A stretch of 64,000 nt of DNA from Guillardia theta CCMP2712 (Eukaryota; Protista; Cryptophyta): assembly GCF_000315625.1 (NCBI RefSeq), contig NW_005434626.1, positions 65,001-129,000 of the forward strand, in the 5' to 3' direction. A model generated the notes under the pieces. It did no database searches. It was not told where the DNA came from and saw only the letters and a program-made list of their open reading frames with translations. Each line of letters begins with the position of its first letter. Position 1 is the stretch's first letter. Position numbers and translations under genes: made by a program. Shown in pieces: positions 10,941 to 23,573 of this stretch.

Positions 10941-12496
10941 CTATTCAAAAATGCGCAAAATCGTCTCTAAAATCAATGTCCATGAGCTTTTAAGCATCTC
11001 CCTCGTTCGTACAGAACACGCTGCAGATGTCTGTTGAACCACAACAAGTCCAGTGGTGTCTGTCAACATGTCAGCATGTCCAAGAAGCTCACAGCAATAG
11101 AGGCTCACTCTCCACCGAAGGCGTACTTCTCTTGATGCAGGCATCCGTTGCTTCCGTCGCATGAGCCCAACGTCCAATACCTGAAAGCGAATCAGACGAG
11201 GCGAAGCAGCAAGAAGGCTCCTACCCAACAAGCTGCTCTCCCCATTTTCCTGTGTATTGAACCTAGCGAAGGCAGGTGAGGCCCTGGCATCAAGAGAAGA
11301 CTGGAGACCTCGTCGTGTCGTCGTTTACCAGCATTGTCTGCTGTCGGTGAGATGGCTTCTACTAGCGCCTTGTGCGTCATCCTTCCACTTCCGACTGCTG
11401 GGTGTCTTCCAACCTAGAGGGGAGAGATAAGTCGTCGATGTAGTCAACATTCACAACAACCCCTGTCATAGCCAACCAGGATCTTGCTCGATCAACGAAG
11501 GTGTCCTTGAGGGTATTCAGACAACCCTTGTGCTTGCCAACAGACAACTGACCTTCTCTGGAGGTGCCAACTCGAAAGGTAGACATATGGTTGGGGGCGA
11601 ATCGCCCTGCAGCCATCAAGTCACAGCTGGAATGATCATGCACGGAGCGCACCAGTCCGTTGCCATCGTCAGCTTGTTCGATGAGCTCGAAGAGTTTGAC
11701 CTGCGAATTGACATCGTAAGATACCTCCAGCTGCCAAGATGCGTCCGCTCTCACCATCGGATCGTTGGTCTCCTCGACGTGAAAGTATCCACTTTCCTTC
11801 AAGATCCCTCCTACAGCTGTCGCAACCTGCAGCTCCGTTATCACAAGTGGAGGCCGCGGACAGCCGCACCTGCTCTGGCGTGAGCGGGTCATCAGGGTAC
11901 TGAGTTGTCCATTGCTTTGAGAACATGTTGCTGTCCATCCGACCGCCAGCTTGTTGGAGAATCATGGCAGCGCGCTGCGTGAGTGAGTGAGGTGAAATCA
12001 GACCAGAAGGAGAGCAGATCACCTGCAGGAAAGCCATGACTTCACACTCCATGCAGTGCTGCTCATCGGGGTTCGACGAGTGTCGCCCGTGAGGGCATCC
12101 GCCTTCTGTGTTGGAAGGGCGCGAAGACGTTTGATTCTGCCCTCCTTCAGCCCCATGCGCTTCAAGCCCGGCATCGGACTTTGGCACAGGGTCTGAAGAC
12201 CCTCCTCGAAGCTTGAGGGCCATGCTCGCTTGTCGACAGTGCCCGCATAGAGAGCTCGCAGGGTGGAGAGAGAGGCAGGAGAGGAGTCTGGTGGACGATT
12301 GTTTGGTGGTAGCTTGGCAGCCAGAGGCAAAGTGAGAGACATCAGAAGCGGAGTGAAGCTGGGAGAAGAAGGTGGGAGACGAGGAGGAGGGGAATGAAGA
12401 GGGAAAGGAGGAGGAGGAGGAGGAGGGGAAGGAGAAGGAGGACGAGGAGGATGAGGCAGCCACCAGCATAACCGCCAGGGCTCGGAGGGCAGCCAT
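10941..12496 (-). CDS. Signal-peptide/LRGG-leader protein with possible OST-HTH/LOTUS-like winged helix
   Basis: Hydrophobic MAALRALAVMLVAA, Ser-rich linker, ALKLRGG. Spliced AAMILQQAGGRMDSNMFSKQWTTQYPDDPLTPEQ|VATAVGGILKESGYFHVEE; several short introns. Domain call is tentative. Confidence 0.6.
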
Positions 12497-12857
12497 GCCG
12501 CTCTCGTGATACTACTGCTGCCTCAGGGCTTGTTGTAGTGATTATCCCTATGATTGAAAGAGAGTATGCAGCTGTCTTTTGAATTCTCATAAATATTATG
12601 CTGAGGCAAGGTATATTCTCTTTTATTAGTTTTTAAAAGAATCAGGCAGTCACAAAAAGATTATATATCTCTGAGCAAACTATTGTCAAAATCATGTCTT
12701 TCCCTACAAATTTAAATCAATATATATAAGTTTTGTATATTGCTATTAGCTGTTTGTATGAGCATATATAGCCTTTCAATATATATATTTGTTCAATAAA
12801 AATAGAGTTATATTTTAAGGCGAGGGGTCCGTTGGCGCGAATTTGAAATCATCGGAC

Positions 12858-15800
12858 ATGGCGGAAGACGCGATGGGCATGGATGGAGGAGGAGGAGGAG
12901 GAGGAGGAGAAGCGGCGGCTGCAGGGTGTAAGGATGACTCTCCTCTTACTGCAAGACTTGAGAGCAAGGCATGGAAGACCCGTATGGAGGCCTACATCGA
13001 GCTTGCTGAGGTAATATGTGTTTCTTGATCGTGCCCTTGTTTGTTCGATTGGTGCATGTTTTGCATCCCCCCCCCCCTCGGTTTAATTAATAACTTGGAC
13101 AACAATTTCGACTTGATGTCGTTTACCAGCTGGACACTTGACGTGTTTGACTCGGTTGATCTCACAGATGCTCTCGAATGTGGAAGAGGGCGACGCATGC
13201 CTCGAGGAGTTTGGCCCCTTCATCTCGAAAGCAGTGTCAGACAGCAACGTGAATGCGCAAGATAAGGGGATTGATGCAGGAATCAGCTTCGTCAAGAAAG
13301 CTTCAGGTCAACTCTTATCAAAGGTTGCAGCAAGTATCATTTCCAAAGCGGTAGAGAAGGCCTTCGTTCAGGCCAAGTGCAAAGCGAAGGCGCAGGAGCT
13401 TTCCCTGGCATTGATCGAGGCGGATTGCGGAGAGATCGTGACAGACGAGCTGATCAAGGGCTGTGGCAACAAACAGCCTAAGATCTCTGGAGCAGCTGCC
13501 GAATGCTTGCGATCGGCCGTTCAAAGCTTCGGGTTGCGAGCGCTTGGTCCTCAATCTAAGGCTGTTGTGAAGTTGTCAGTCACATTGTTCGATAGCACCG
13601 TGGCGGCAGTGAGAGCAGAAGCGCTTCCTCTCGCCGTCGAGCTGCACAAGTACATGGGAGCTGCTCTCCGCCCCAGCTATGACAACCTTCGTCCCGCCCA
13701 GCAGAAGGAGATGGACGAGGCGTTTGCCTCTGCTGGACCCCCGCAACCGACGAGGGAGACTCGATCTTCGGCATCGAGAAGTGCTCTTGCAAGCAGTCAA
13801 TCCGCTTCTTCCTCCGCCAAAGACAGCGCCGCTTCCGCCCCCGCCCCCGCCCCCGCCGCTGATGTCGATCCCATGGACTTCTTTGATCCGGTAGAAATCT
13901 TGAGCAAACTACCCAACGGGTGGTGCGACAAGGTCCTTGCAGCCCCCAAGTGGCAGGAGAAGAAGGAGATGATCGATAACCTGATCGAACTGGCCAGTGC
14001 TCCGAAACTCGCGTCCGGGGACTACCTGGAGATCGTCAAGACCCTCAAGAGACTCGCAAACGACTCGATGGTCGTCGTCGTCTCCACGGCCATCACCGCT
14101 GTCGGGCTGTTGGCTCGGGGCCTGCGCAAGGAGTTCTCTCAGGGAGGGCGGATGATCTTCTCGACTCTTCTTGATCGTCTCAAGGAGAAGGACAACCGCG
14201 TGAAGGAGTCCGTGCACTCCACCTTGGACTCCTTGACAGGCAAGTGCGTGGCGCTGGCAGACGTGATGGAGGACCTCTGTACAGCGCTGGGACCCAAAGG
14301 GAACCCAAAGTCCAAGGTTGAGATCTTGAAATACTTGAAGAGAGTAACGGATGCGAAAAGTTGCACTGTAAGCTTCCGAATACTCGGCATGTTCGACCAC
14401 TAACTTGTTCTTGCATCGCAGATACAACCAAAGAACCTCAAGCCATTAGTCGATTTGTTGATCAAAGGTGTTGACGATAGCGCTCCTGATATCAGGGAGG
14501 CCTCTTGCGCGGTCGTTGCCTCCTTCGTGACAGTGTGCGGTATGCCAAGTATGAAGGGTTTCCTTGACGCTCTAGATGACAAGAAGAAGAAGAAGATCGA
14601 GTCCATGCTCGAGGGCCCCGGCCAAACTGAAGCTCCTCAACCTCCTGCGCCTGCGGCTGCGGCTGTGAGGAAATCGAGCACGAGCATCAAGAGCGAACCT
14701 TCAGCCCCCAAGGAAACGGCAGCAGTGAAACCAGCAGCCAAGAAAGTCGCCAAGCCAGCGGCTGCTGCGAAACCCGCGAGTGCGAAAGAGACAAGCAGCA
14801 ATGCCAAGGACTCAAGTGAGACTGACGTGACTGCCGGGACCCCAGTAGAGCAGCTGGATGCTCTCGTTGAAGAGATTGTCTTGCAGGTAACATGCCTTCA
14901 CTCCTGTCCTGAGTGAACCTGAACCGCTTCCTGCAGGAGATCCGCACAAAACTTACCAGCGCGAACTGGAAGGAGAGATTAGAAGGAGCCGAAGCCTTGG
15001 AATCGGAGGTGAAAGAGCAGGGCAAAGAATATCAAGTAGCTTCCGGTGAAGCAGTCATTCGTCTTCTCAGCAAGACGTTCGTTGAGAAGAAGGAAACAAA
15101 CTTTCAGGTTGCTCTTCCTGACAATAAGCGCTCTATGCTCATTCTGGCTCCTCGTAGGTCATGGCCAAGGCTTTTGCGATTGTCCAGTGCATCGCTGAGT
15201 TGTGCCCGAAGATGTCGAAGCGTTCAGCCTTCTGGTTTATCCCGATGCTGCTCGAGAAACTCGGAGACGTGAAGCTCAAGGGCCCGGCAAACGACTGCTT
15301 GTTTGCAATGGCTGAAGCCGTCTCCCCGCAGTTCGTCTTGAATCAAGCTTACGAAGTCTTGCCGAAGCAGAAGAACCCGAAAGTTATGGAGAACTCGATC
15401 ATGCTGGTGAACTCGATGGTGTCCGACTTTGGCCTGAAGGTCGTCAAGCCCAAACCTCTTCTTGACTTTGTGAAGACGATGTTGGATCAAACAAACCCGG
15501 CGACCAAGAAGGCTGCCGTTGAGCTTGTCGTTACCATGCGGAAGCATCTTGGACCTGATCTCCGCAATATGTTGAACGACTTGAAACCTGCGCTGTTGTC
15601 GACCATCGACGAAGCTTTCTCCAAGGTGAACAATTTGCGACTCCCCGCATCCTCCTCGCACTCACTTCTGCTCCAGATACAAGACACCGAGGCTGTGCTG
15701 GCTCCTAAGCGTCAAGTCAAGTGCGAAGAAGAGTCAGCAGCTGCTGCGGCTGGGGGAGAGGGCGAGATTGTGAACCTGACGAGCCAGATAGGAGCGCATC

Positions 15801-18800
15801 TGAAGGCGCTCGGTGACGCAAACTGGAAGGAACGACAAGCAGCGATCACCGCCATCGACGAGATCGTCACTCAAGCCAAGCCCCTGGGGTGCACAGGGCC
15901 TTACATGGAGGGACAGTGCGGGGAGATGTGGGCTGCGATGAAGGCGAGGCTGAAGGACAGCAACAAGAATCTGTCGATCCAGGTGTTGGCCCTCCTCGCG
16001 AAGATCGCAGATGCTGTTGGAGCCCCGGTTGACAAGTACAGCAAGCACATCTTCCCCAACATGCTCTCGCTGATTTCAGACAACAAGAAGACTGTCCGTG
16101 ACGCGGTCCTCAACTGCCTCGAGACCTGGTCTAAGTACGTGTCCACCGAGACCATCATCAAGTACTTGCCTGTCGCGCTCTCTGTCGATGCCCCTGCTGG
16201 ACGCGAGGACGCGGTCAAATGGGCCGCAGAGTACTTGTCGCGTAAGTTGATCTCCTTCTTGTTGCCGACCCTGAGAGCAGTCGCGTGCAGGCACCACCAA
16301 GTCCAACGACCTGGACCTCTCCCCCATCCTGCAGCCTGTGATGGATTGCCTGATGCACAGGGTGGCGGAGGTCAGGAACGGGGCCGAGAGATGTCTGGTC
16401 GCCATCTACGTGTGCGGGGGCAGGGAGCTGATCAATCGAGCCCTGCGAGACATGAAGCCGGCGCAGCTCAAGGGCATCAAACCTCTCTGCGAGAAGGCAG
16501 AGAAGGCGGCCATGTCCCAGGCCCCCGGGAAGGATGCGGACAATCAGGTCGAGCACAAGGTGGAAGAAACGCTGTCGAAGGCAGCGAGCGAGGAGATCAG
16601 CCAAGTGGCGACCAAGAAGGCTGTCAAGGCGGCAGAGAGCTCCAACGAGGCAGTAGAAGCCGCTGCACCGAGTGAAGACCTGGCAGAGAAACCCTTGCTA
16701 AGATGCAACAACGGGAAGGAAGCGAGGTACAAGAAGTACGGCAAGGCGAAGTGGATCCTGGATGACGCCAAGGAGATAGACAACTTGATCAGCATGGTTG
16801 GAGAGCAGATGTTGTCAGTGGCGAACGAGGACTTGCACAGCAAGTTGTTCAGCAAAGACTTCAAGAAGCAGGTGGACGGGATGAAGGAGTTGACGAGCTT
16901 CATTCAAGAGCAGCACCAGCCGTTGATCGACAATCTGGACCTCATCCTCAAGGTCTGCTCTCTCCGCATGGTCGCCAAGGCCTCCAACACCTCCGTCCTC
17001 CTCGGCGTGCTCGACCTCTTGAAGCATTGCTTCGAGCAGTTGGTCGTTCACAATCACTGCCTGGACGACACGGAGGCTCAGGTGATCCTGCCGGTGCTGA
17101 TGGAGGAGGTTGGAAGCAACAGCGATGTGATTCGCAAGTCTGTGCGAGAGCTGCTGAAGAAGGCGACGCAAGTGTATCCCGCCAGCAAGATCTTCTCCTT
17201 CGCTCTCGACTCGGCGCAGAACACAAGGAACCAGCGGTCGCGGGGTGAGATCCTGTCGGAGATGTCGGCCCTTATCGAGAGGCTGGGGCTCGAGCAGGTC
17301 TGCACTCCCTCCAAGGCGCTCACAGCCATCGCGTCCTTCATCTCCGAGCGCGACCCGCTCGTCAGGAACGCAGCGTGCGATTGCATCGCCGCGGCGTACT
17401 CGAGCATGGGAGACAAGGTGTGGAAGTACCTCAACAGGCTGGAGGGCAAGGAGAAGGACATGCTGGAGGCGAGGCTCAAGAAGGCGAAGCCGCCGCAGAC
17501 AAGCGACTTGCCGAGACCCTCGACCTCCTCGGAGATGCGCCGGTCGATGCCCGAGGTGTCAACAGAGAAGATGGCGGTTACAAGGAGCAGCGTGCCCTCT
17601 CTCGAGCCCTCCAGCTTTGTGCCGACGCCAGTCAAGTGCAAGGAGTCGATCAGTGAGCTCCTGGAGGCCCCGACCCCGACCATCAGCAACATCCGGAGTC
17701 GCTTCCAGGCGTCGGAGGTCAAAGCTGAAGACAAGAGCGACAGCCGTGGCGAGGACGTGCGGGCGATCCTCGCTGAGTTGTCGTCTCCAGCTCCCCTTGA
17801 GCAGATCGAGGGGCTGAAGAAGCTCACGGCGGCCATGGAGAACGATGGCAGCCGGGGGGCGAACCTGAGCAGCAAGGCGGACGAGGTAGTGCAGGCGCTG
17901 CGAGGGCTGATGGCTGCAGGGCTTGAGAGCGATCTCAAGGATGAGAGCGTCTTCCGCGTCGTCAAGTACTCGCTCAACGCTGCCCACATCCTTTTCACCG
18001 ACAAGTCTGACGCTACCCGGCACGTGAAGGACTCGACGCTGGGGGCGCTCATCGAAGAGCTTTTGATCCGCCTGCACGACCAGAAGTTTCAGACGGACGA
18101 GGCGTACGAGGTGCTGATGAAGGGGATGAACGAGCTGATGATGAACATCCTGCACAACGGGAACGCGAACCATGTCTTCACGGTCCTGATCCGATTCCTC
18201 TACGAAGGAGCTCCCCTCTCCGGGGGACGAGATGTAACAGCCGAGTTCACCGACGGCGTTCTGCGTTGCTTGCTGGAGATGGCAAGGAAGATGCAGGTTG
18301 TGCTTGTCGTCTCGCCCGCTTGCTCTCTGACTTGTCGTGTCTGCAGTCGTTCGCTCCTCGCCTCGATATCGACATGCTGCTCTACGACGCTCACATGTTC
18401 CTGGTGGCCCATCCTCCCTCCAAGTACCGGGGGCGAGAGTTCCGCCCCCTCCGCCTCCTCAAGACCATTCTCAACGAGCTGGTGAAGCTCAAGGGCGAAG
18501 GCATCCGCCAGCACCTCACCCTCGTCCCCGTCGAGTCGAAGCCAACGCTCTGCTCGTACCTTGAGCTCGTCCTGCAGCAGCACGCGAGCAAGGCAGGCGG
18601 AGCGAAGCCGTCGGGAGGAGAGGACATCTCCGCGATCTTCGACAAAATCGGGAGCAGAGATAAGGACGTGGCGAAGGAGGTGAGACGAGGAGGAGGAGGA
18701 GGAGGAGGAGAGCTGAATGCATTCAGGGCTTCAAACTGCTCTACCTCTACAAGCTCAACCACCCTGACTTCAGCCTCGACCAATACCTCTCCGGCAGGTC

Positions 18801-19192
18801 TCCGCAGTTCCAGGTAAGAAGATGCTGCTGCTGGGCTGCTGGGGTCTGACGTTTGGCAGGAGCACGTGCACAAGAACCTCGCCAAGGTGCAGGCGCAGCA
18901 TGAGGCCGCGAGCAGCGCGAGCAGCATGCCGCTCCAGAGCGCCATGTCCATCGCCAACAAGGGGATGACGCCCCTCGACCTCAAGCCAAGCGGCGCTGGT
19001 GCTCTGCTGGACAAGCTTCAAGGGATCCGAAGTCAGCTGGGGATCGGAGGGGCGGGGCAGGAGGCAGAGGCGGCAGGAGAGAAGGAGGAAGAGGAGGAGA
19101 AGGAGAGCAGACAGGCAGACGAGAACAGAAGCAGCTTGACCAGCTCGTCTGTCGTCAGCCTCCAGGAACGTCTCGCCAAGTTGCGATCGTAG
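12858..19192 (+). CDS. CKAP5: XMAP215/Dis1/MOR1 (CKAP5) TOG-domain microtubule polymerase
   Basis: Successive TOG domains beginning RLESKAWKTR, APKWQEKKE, SANWKERLE, DANWKERQA, FSKDFKKQ; HEAT repeats; plant-MOR1-like C-terminal PLRLLKTILNELVKLKG; ends SLQERLAKLRS*. About 10 short introns. Confidence 0.95.
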
Positions 19193-19253
19193 TGTTTTTA
19201 GTAACGGACATGAACTGACTTGTAACGCTGTAACTGATCCCGTAACATGAAGT

Positions 19254-21497
19254 CTATGACTGGTAGAGAAGACTGCAACACTCGTTGAATAGTTCTTCCC
19301 GCTCCTGAGCCTCTTCCTCGCTACACCTGAAGCCCAGTCATCCCCTCCTCTCCTCCCGTCATCCCCTCCTCTCCTCCCGTCATCCCACCATCCCCTTCTC
19401 CCAATAGCACCTGCTGCTCTCCAGCACAGATTTAGGTATCGGTTCCAAGCCCAGCAGCTGCTTCCCCAGCTCACTGAGCTGGCTCGGCTGCCAAGCTGGT
19501 CACGCCATGACCGACAGGCAGCGCCGTGTCACCTTCATGCGACGCTCGGGGTCGTTCTCGATCCTCAGGTTTGGGAATCCAGGAGGAGCGTCGCCGCGAA
19601 GAAACGCTGCTCGCTGCTTGGCAAGGTACCGCGCGTTCTGTGGGCATCTGCGACGGGGTGAGGAGGAGACGAGGGCGTGAGCAGCAACGCACAGGGGAGA
19701 GGCGGGGATGTAGAGCACGTTGCTGGGCTGAGAGCCGGCGTGATCCGCTTCGACGCCATGGATGAGGTCGGGATGCCACCAGACCTGCAGCGCATCAACC
19801 TCGCCAGCTCTCGCGCCTCCTCTCACCGTGTCCCCGGCGTCGACGGGCCCGACAGGAACCTTGGCCTTGAGGAGCGGAGCATGCCACCTGCTGGTGATCT
19901 CGATGGTGTCGCCCCCCCCCGTGTCGCTGACCCCGCAGAACTGATGGACAGGCACGTCCTCCTGGAAGGGCCGCAGCAGCACATACGCCATGGCCTCCGT
20001 CACCATCGGGATCACCTCCAGGGTCCCGTCAGTCGGGCCTTGAGGCGAGAGCGCCAGCCAGCCCTGGAAGGAGCGGAAGAAGGACCCGGACGTCTCCGTC
20101 CGCCTCCCAACGTCCCAGGCGTCGTAGTCCTCCAGCCTCCCCTCCATGATCTCCTGGTACACCTCCTGCCAGGCTGGGTCCGCCCAGCGGCACATGGCGC
20201 CGTTGTCGATGTGCTCCTTCATGCCTGTCTGCTTGTCGTAGCCGGGCAGGCGGTGGCGCCAGCGGTCGATGTAAGTGGTCTCGACGTCGGGGAGGAACAA
20301 GAGCTTCTTGCTCTTCTTCTCCCTGTAGCCCCACAAGTGATTCAGCCAGACCCTCACCTTGTGCATCTTCTCGTCTTGCCGGGCTTCGAACTGACCGCGC
20401 GTGTAGTACATCTCCTGCACCCCCCCGAAGGTGAAGGCCTTGGGGTTCTCGTCGTTGTAGATGGTCTCGTAGCTCTCAGGCTTCTTGGGGTCAACCTTGA
20501 GGTAGTGACTCAGGTCTGCCATCATCCCCTCGTTCATCTCCAGCGCCTTGGCCTTGGCTACAACCCCTCGGATCTTGATCACCCCTGCCACCTTCACCTG
20601 CTCCACCACCTGCGCTGGCACCTCCCCCTTCAAGATCTCGTCCACGTGGATGGACGGGATCCAGGAGGCCCCCGCCGCCTCCATCTGCTCGATCCTCTTC
20701 TCGATTCGCTTCTCCAGCCTCTCCCACATGTCTGCAAGCTGCGAGGGCTCAGCGCTGCATCGAGGCTGGGGGAGGCTGTTACCTTGCGAGGAGCGATGGT
20801 CTTCTTGAGCTGAGCCTGGTAGATCTGTTGCTGCGTCATCCTCTTCCCCATCCCCGCGTACGAGTTCAGGAAGGCGTTTGGCCGCAAGTCCATCTCCTGC
20901 CAACCTTTCAGCTCCTCACCGCATCGGCTGCCGCTCACCCCGACACTTTCGCGCCTCCGCTTCTGCTCGAGCGGGAGAGATCCTATGAGCTGAGGACAAG
21001 TTACCCAAGAAGCGAGAAGAGGCAGAACTCACGCTGCTCTGGTCGAAACCTCTCCTCTTCCCCTTGTGCTTCTCTCCATCGCTCTTCTCGGGCGAGCTCA
21101 TCTCGTCGCCTTCGTGCTTGGCTGACCGCGAAGTCCGAAGATTCTCGTCTTTGCTTGGCGAGAAGAATCTTTGCATCAAGCAGTCGCGGCATGCAGGAGG
21201 GAGGAACTGGCTGAAGCCCTGCAGCAAGTACTCCCTCCCGATGAGCATCTCAATCACAACTGTGACCACCATCTCCGCATTTACACTGTCACCGAGGTGA
21301 GGTCAACGCTAGAGACTAAACACTTTCTCCACTTACTTCTTGGAGCGAAACTGAGTCAAAATCTCCAGGAACGTATCATACTCTGTCGGCATTTCGCTCT
21401 TGACCTTTCGAGGACGTCAAGAAGAACAAGAAAGTCTTGTTCCCACCTGTTTCAAGAATGCCAATGCGGTTTGAATGTTCGGTTTCGAGTCGGACAT
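19254..21497 (-). CDS. PAH (Sin3-type paired amphipathic helix) domain fused to DUF1479/YbiU/Gig2-like Fe(II) oxygenase-fold protein
   Basis: Spliced N-terminus MSDSKPNIQTALAFLKQ|VKSEMPTEYDTFLEILTQFRSK|NVNAEMVVTVVIEMLIGREYLLQGFSQFLP (PAH). In-frame via short introns to QLKKTIAPRK|LADMWERL..IPSI..HIDNG..FRSFQGWLALS..GDT|VWWHPDLIHGVE..LYIP (DUF1479). Confidence 0.82.
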
Positions 21498-21547
21498 CTC
21501 TATCTTGACTTAGCGAACGCGATGATCTCAACCTTCTAGACAACGAG

Positions 21548-22501
21548 ATGCATCCGCCCTACTCTCTGCCGTCTCACAGGATGCAACAGAACATGTCGCG
21601 CCTCCCGATCCTTGGAGGTCAGCAACACTCGTCAGACCGGGTAGCTTGGGTGAGTATCATCCCGAAGAGCCTGACTAATCTATCGGTAAGATCAACCTAG
21701 TTTCACACGAGCTTAAGGAATGACGATAAAGCTTGTTGCTTCTCATCCCGTAAATGTCCACTATCTCATGGCAACCTCACCCTGACTTTCACTCCTTACT
21801 CTTCTAGTTGGGTTACACGCAGCGAACAAACATAAAGGGATCAGAAAGCCAGTTTGAAAAGTGAAGGGAGACATGGCAACAGGAGCACGAGTTTTGAAAA
21901 AATCGAACGATTAATGCAACAGGGCAAGAGAACTTGAGGTGATGAGTTGCAGTAAAGTTCCCTCACTCATATCAGAAGCGGCAGAAGTGGAACGGTTTGC
22001 TCTGACAGCACAAGCACCAGGAGAGGTGAAGTATGACGTTCAGAGGCAGAGCATAGCAGCACATGTGCTCAAGCAAGTGCGAGAAAACAGAGAGAGGCAA
22101 GATAAGCGTATGGATGAAGCAACACATTGTGATCCGCGAGAGAGTCGGTCTAACTGGAAGAGCCACGAGCAGGACGTAGAAAGAGGACGAGGCAGCAAAG
22201 CAGGTCCATGTTGTAAAGGATGCAAGGAAAGCGAGATGAGAAAAGGGCGAAGTCGATTATTGACATGAGAGAAGATTGCAAGTACATACACAGATGAGGA
22301 TTGAGGAAAGGGAAGGAGCAATATGATGAAGCGCAGTTGTTATGCGGTACAAAGACGAGCATAATGAAAGAGTTGGCAAAGAGGTGGTGGAGGAGAAGTA
22401 CAAGCAGGAAAGTAGCCATGGCATTGAAGCGTTCAAGAAAAGCTCTGCGAAGGAGGGAGAGGGCAGAGGGAGAGGAGGAGAGGGCAGAGGAGGGGGGCTG
22501 A
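21548..22501 (+). other. Possible small hypothetical gene or pseudogene
   Basis: ATG at 21548, splice-like signals and charged ORF pieces (21939-22268, 22301-22501), but stops in intervening frames; no domain. Confidence 0.25.
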
Positions 22502-23573
22502 TGTAGAGGAGCAGGAGCAGGAAAGCTGCTCAAGTCAGAGCGGAGGTTGAGGCGGAGGAGGCTCGAGGGGAAGATAAGATAGAAGGGACTTAAATTTAGT
22601 GAGAAAGGAGCTAATTGAGGGGTTAAACACCTTAATTTGAGCCAAAAGTAGCCCAAATCCTCAAACTCTACTTAATTTTGCCAGGAAGTAGGCTAACGCT
22701 GCCTGTGTTGTAAAGTTCTTTTTTTTTTAGCACAGCCAGAACTAAAAGATATCTTTTCGATCTCATTTTTTTTCACCCACCCACCTTTTCTCCCTTTTAC
22801 CACCCCTCACTTCCTCTGGGAGTCTCAACGTGACGCGTACCACCCCTCCTTTCGTGGTGTTCACACCCCCACCGGAGAGCGACGTGGAGAGCAGAGAATT
22901 TCGAGGATGGTGATGCGGGGATGAGGAACAAGAGGAAGTGGATGCAGGACCAGAAGAGGCTCCCATGGGTGATAAAGATGCTAATAGATCATGAACAGTG
23001 ACGAGAAATGATCAGCGAACATGAAAGATCAGCGTTACAAGACGCTGATAGATGATAGTAGGTGGTACACTGATAACATGTGATGATAGATGACGTAGCA
23101 AAATCTGATAGATGAAGCTGAGAAATGATGCAAGACGGTGGAAGATGGTGAAGGAAGATCAAAAAGAACAAGCGTGACAGGATGACGAGATGGTGATAGA
23201 TGATAATGATGGATTGTGAATGTAAAAGAATGTGATGGAGAAGGATACAAGATGGTACAATCAGAGACGCCGGTAGTTTCAGGCATTCAACTCGGCGTTA
23301 GTCGGTTCAGGTCAGTCGTGAACGAGGTCACCCAAAACAAGTCGTGCAATAGATAGGATGTTATCCGGGTAATCACTGGGAACTTGAGGGATGCGGCAGG
23401 GCAAACAGAGAAACTCAAGGTGAGAACAACAGGCAAGTTCCCGACGGAGATCGATGAAAGTCTGAAGGAATTCCCGTCTGACCACTAGAGGATCGTTTAT
23501 TTTTTATAGCCATGGAAGCATGGTTCGCACAACAGTCAAATGTTCGGAACAACAACATCAGCTTCGTATGCTT

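Noticed and set aside
13300-19000. Many long antisense ORFs over XMAP215 (also over SNF2, DUF1479 and the coiled-coil gene)
   Set aside because: Shadow ORFs expected from high GC3 codon bias.
23290-23490. Short coding-like tail (..EKLKVRTTGKFPTEIDESLKEFPSDH*)
   Set aside because: Possibly a decayed gene or retroelement fragment, but no motif or start could be supported.
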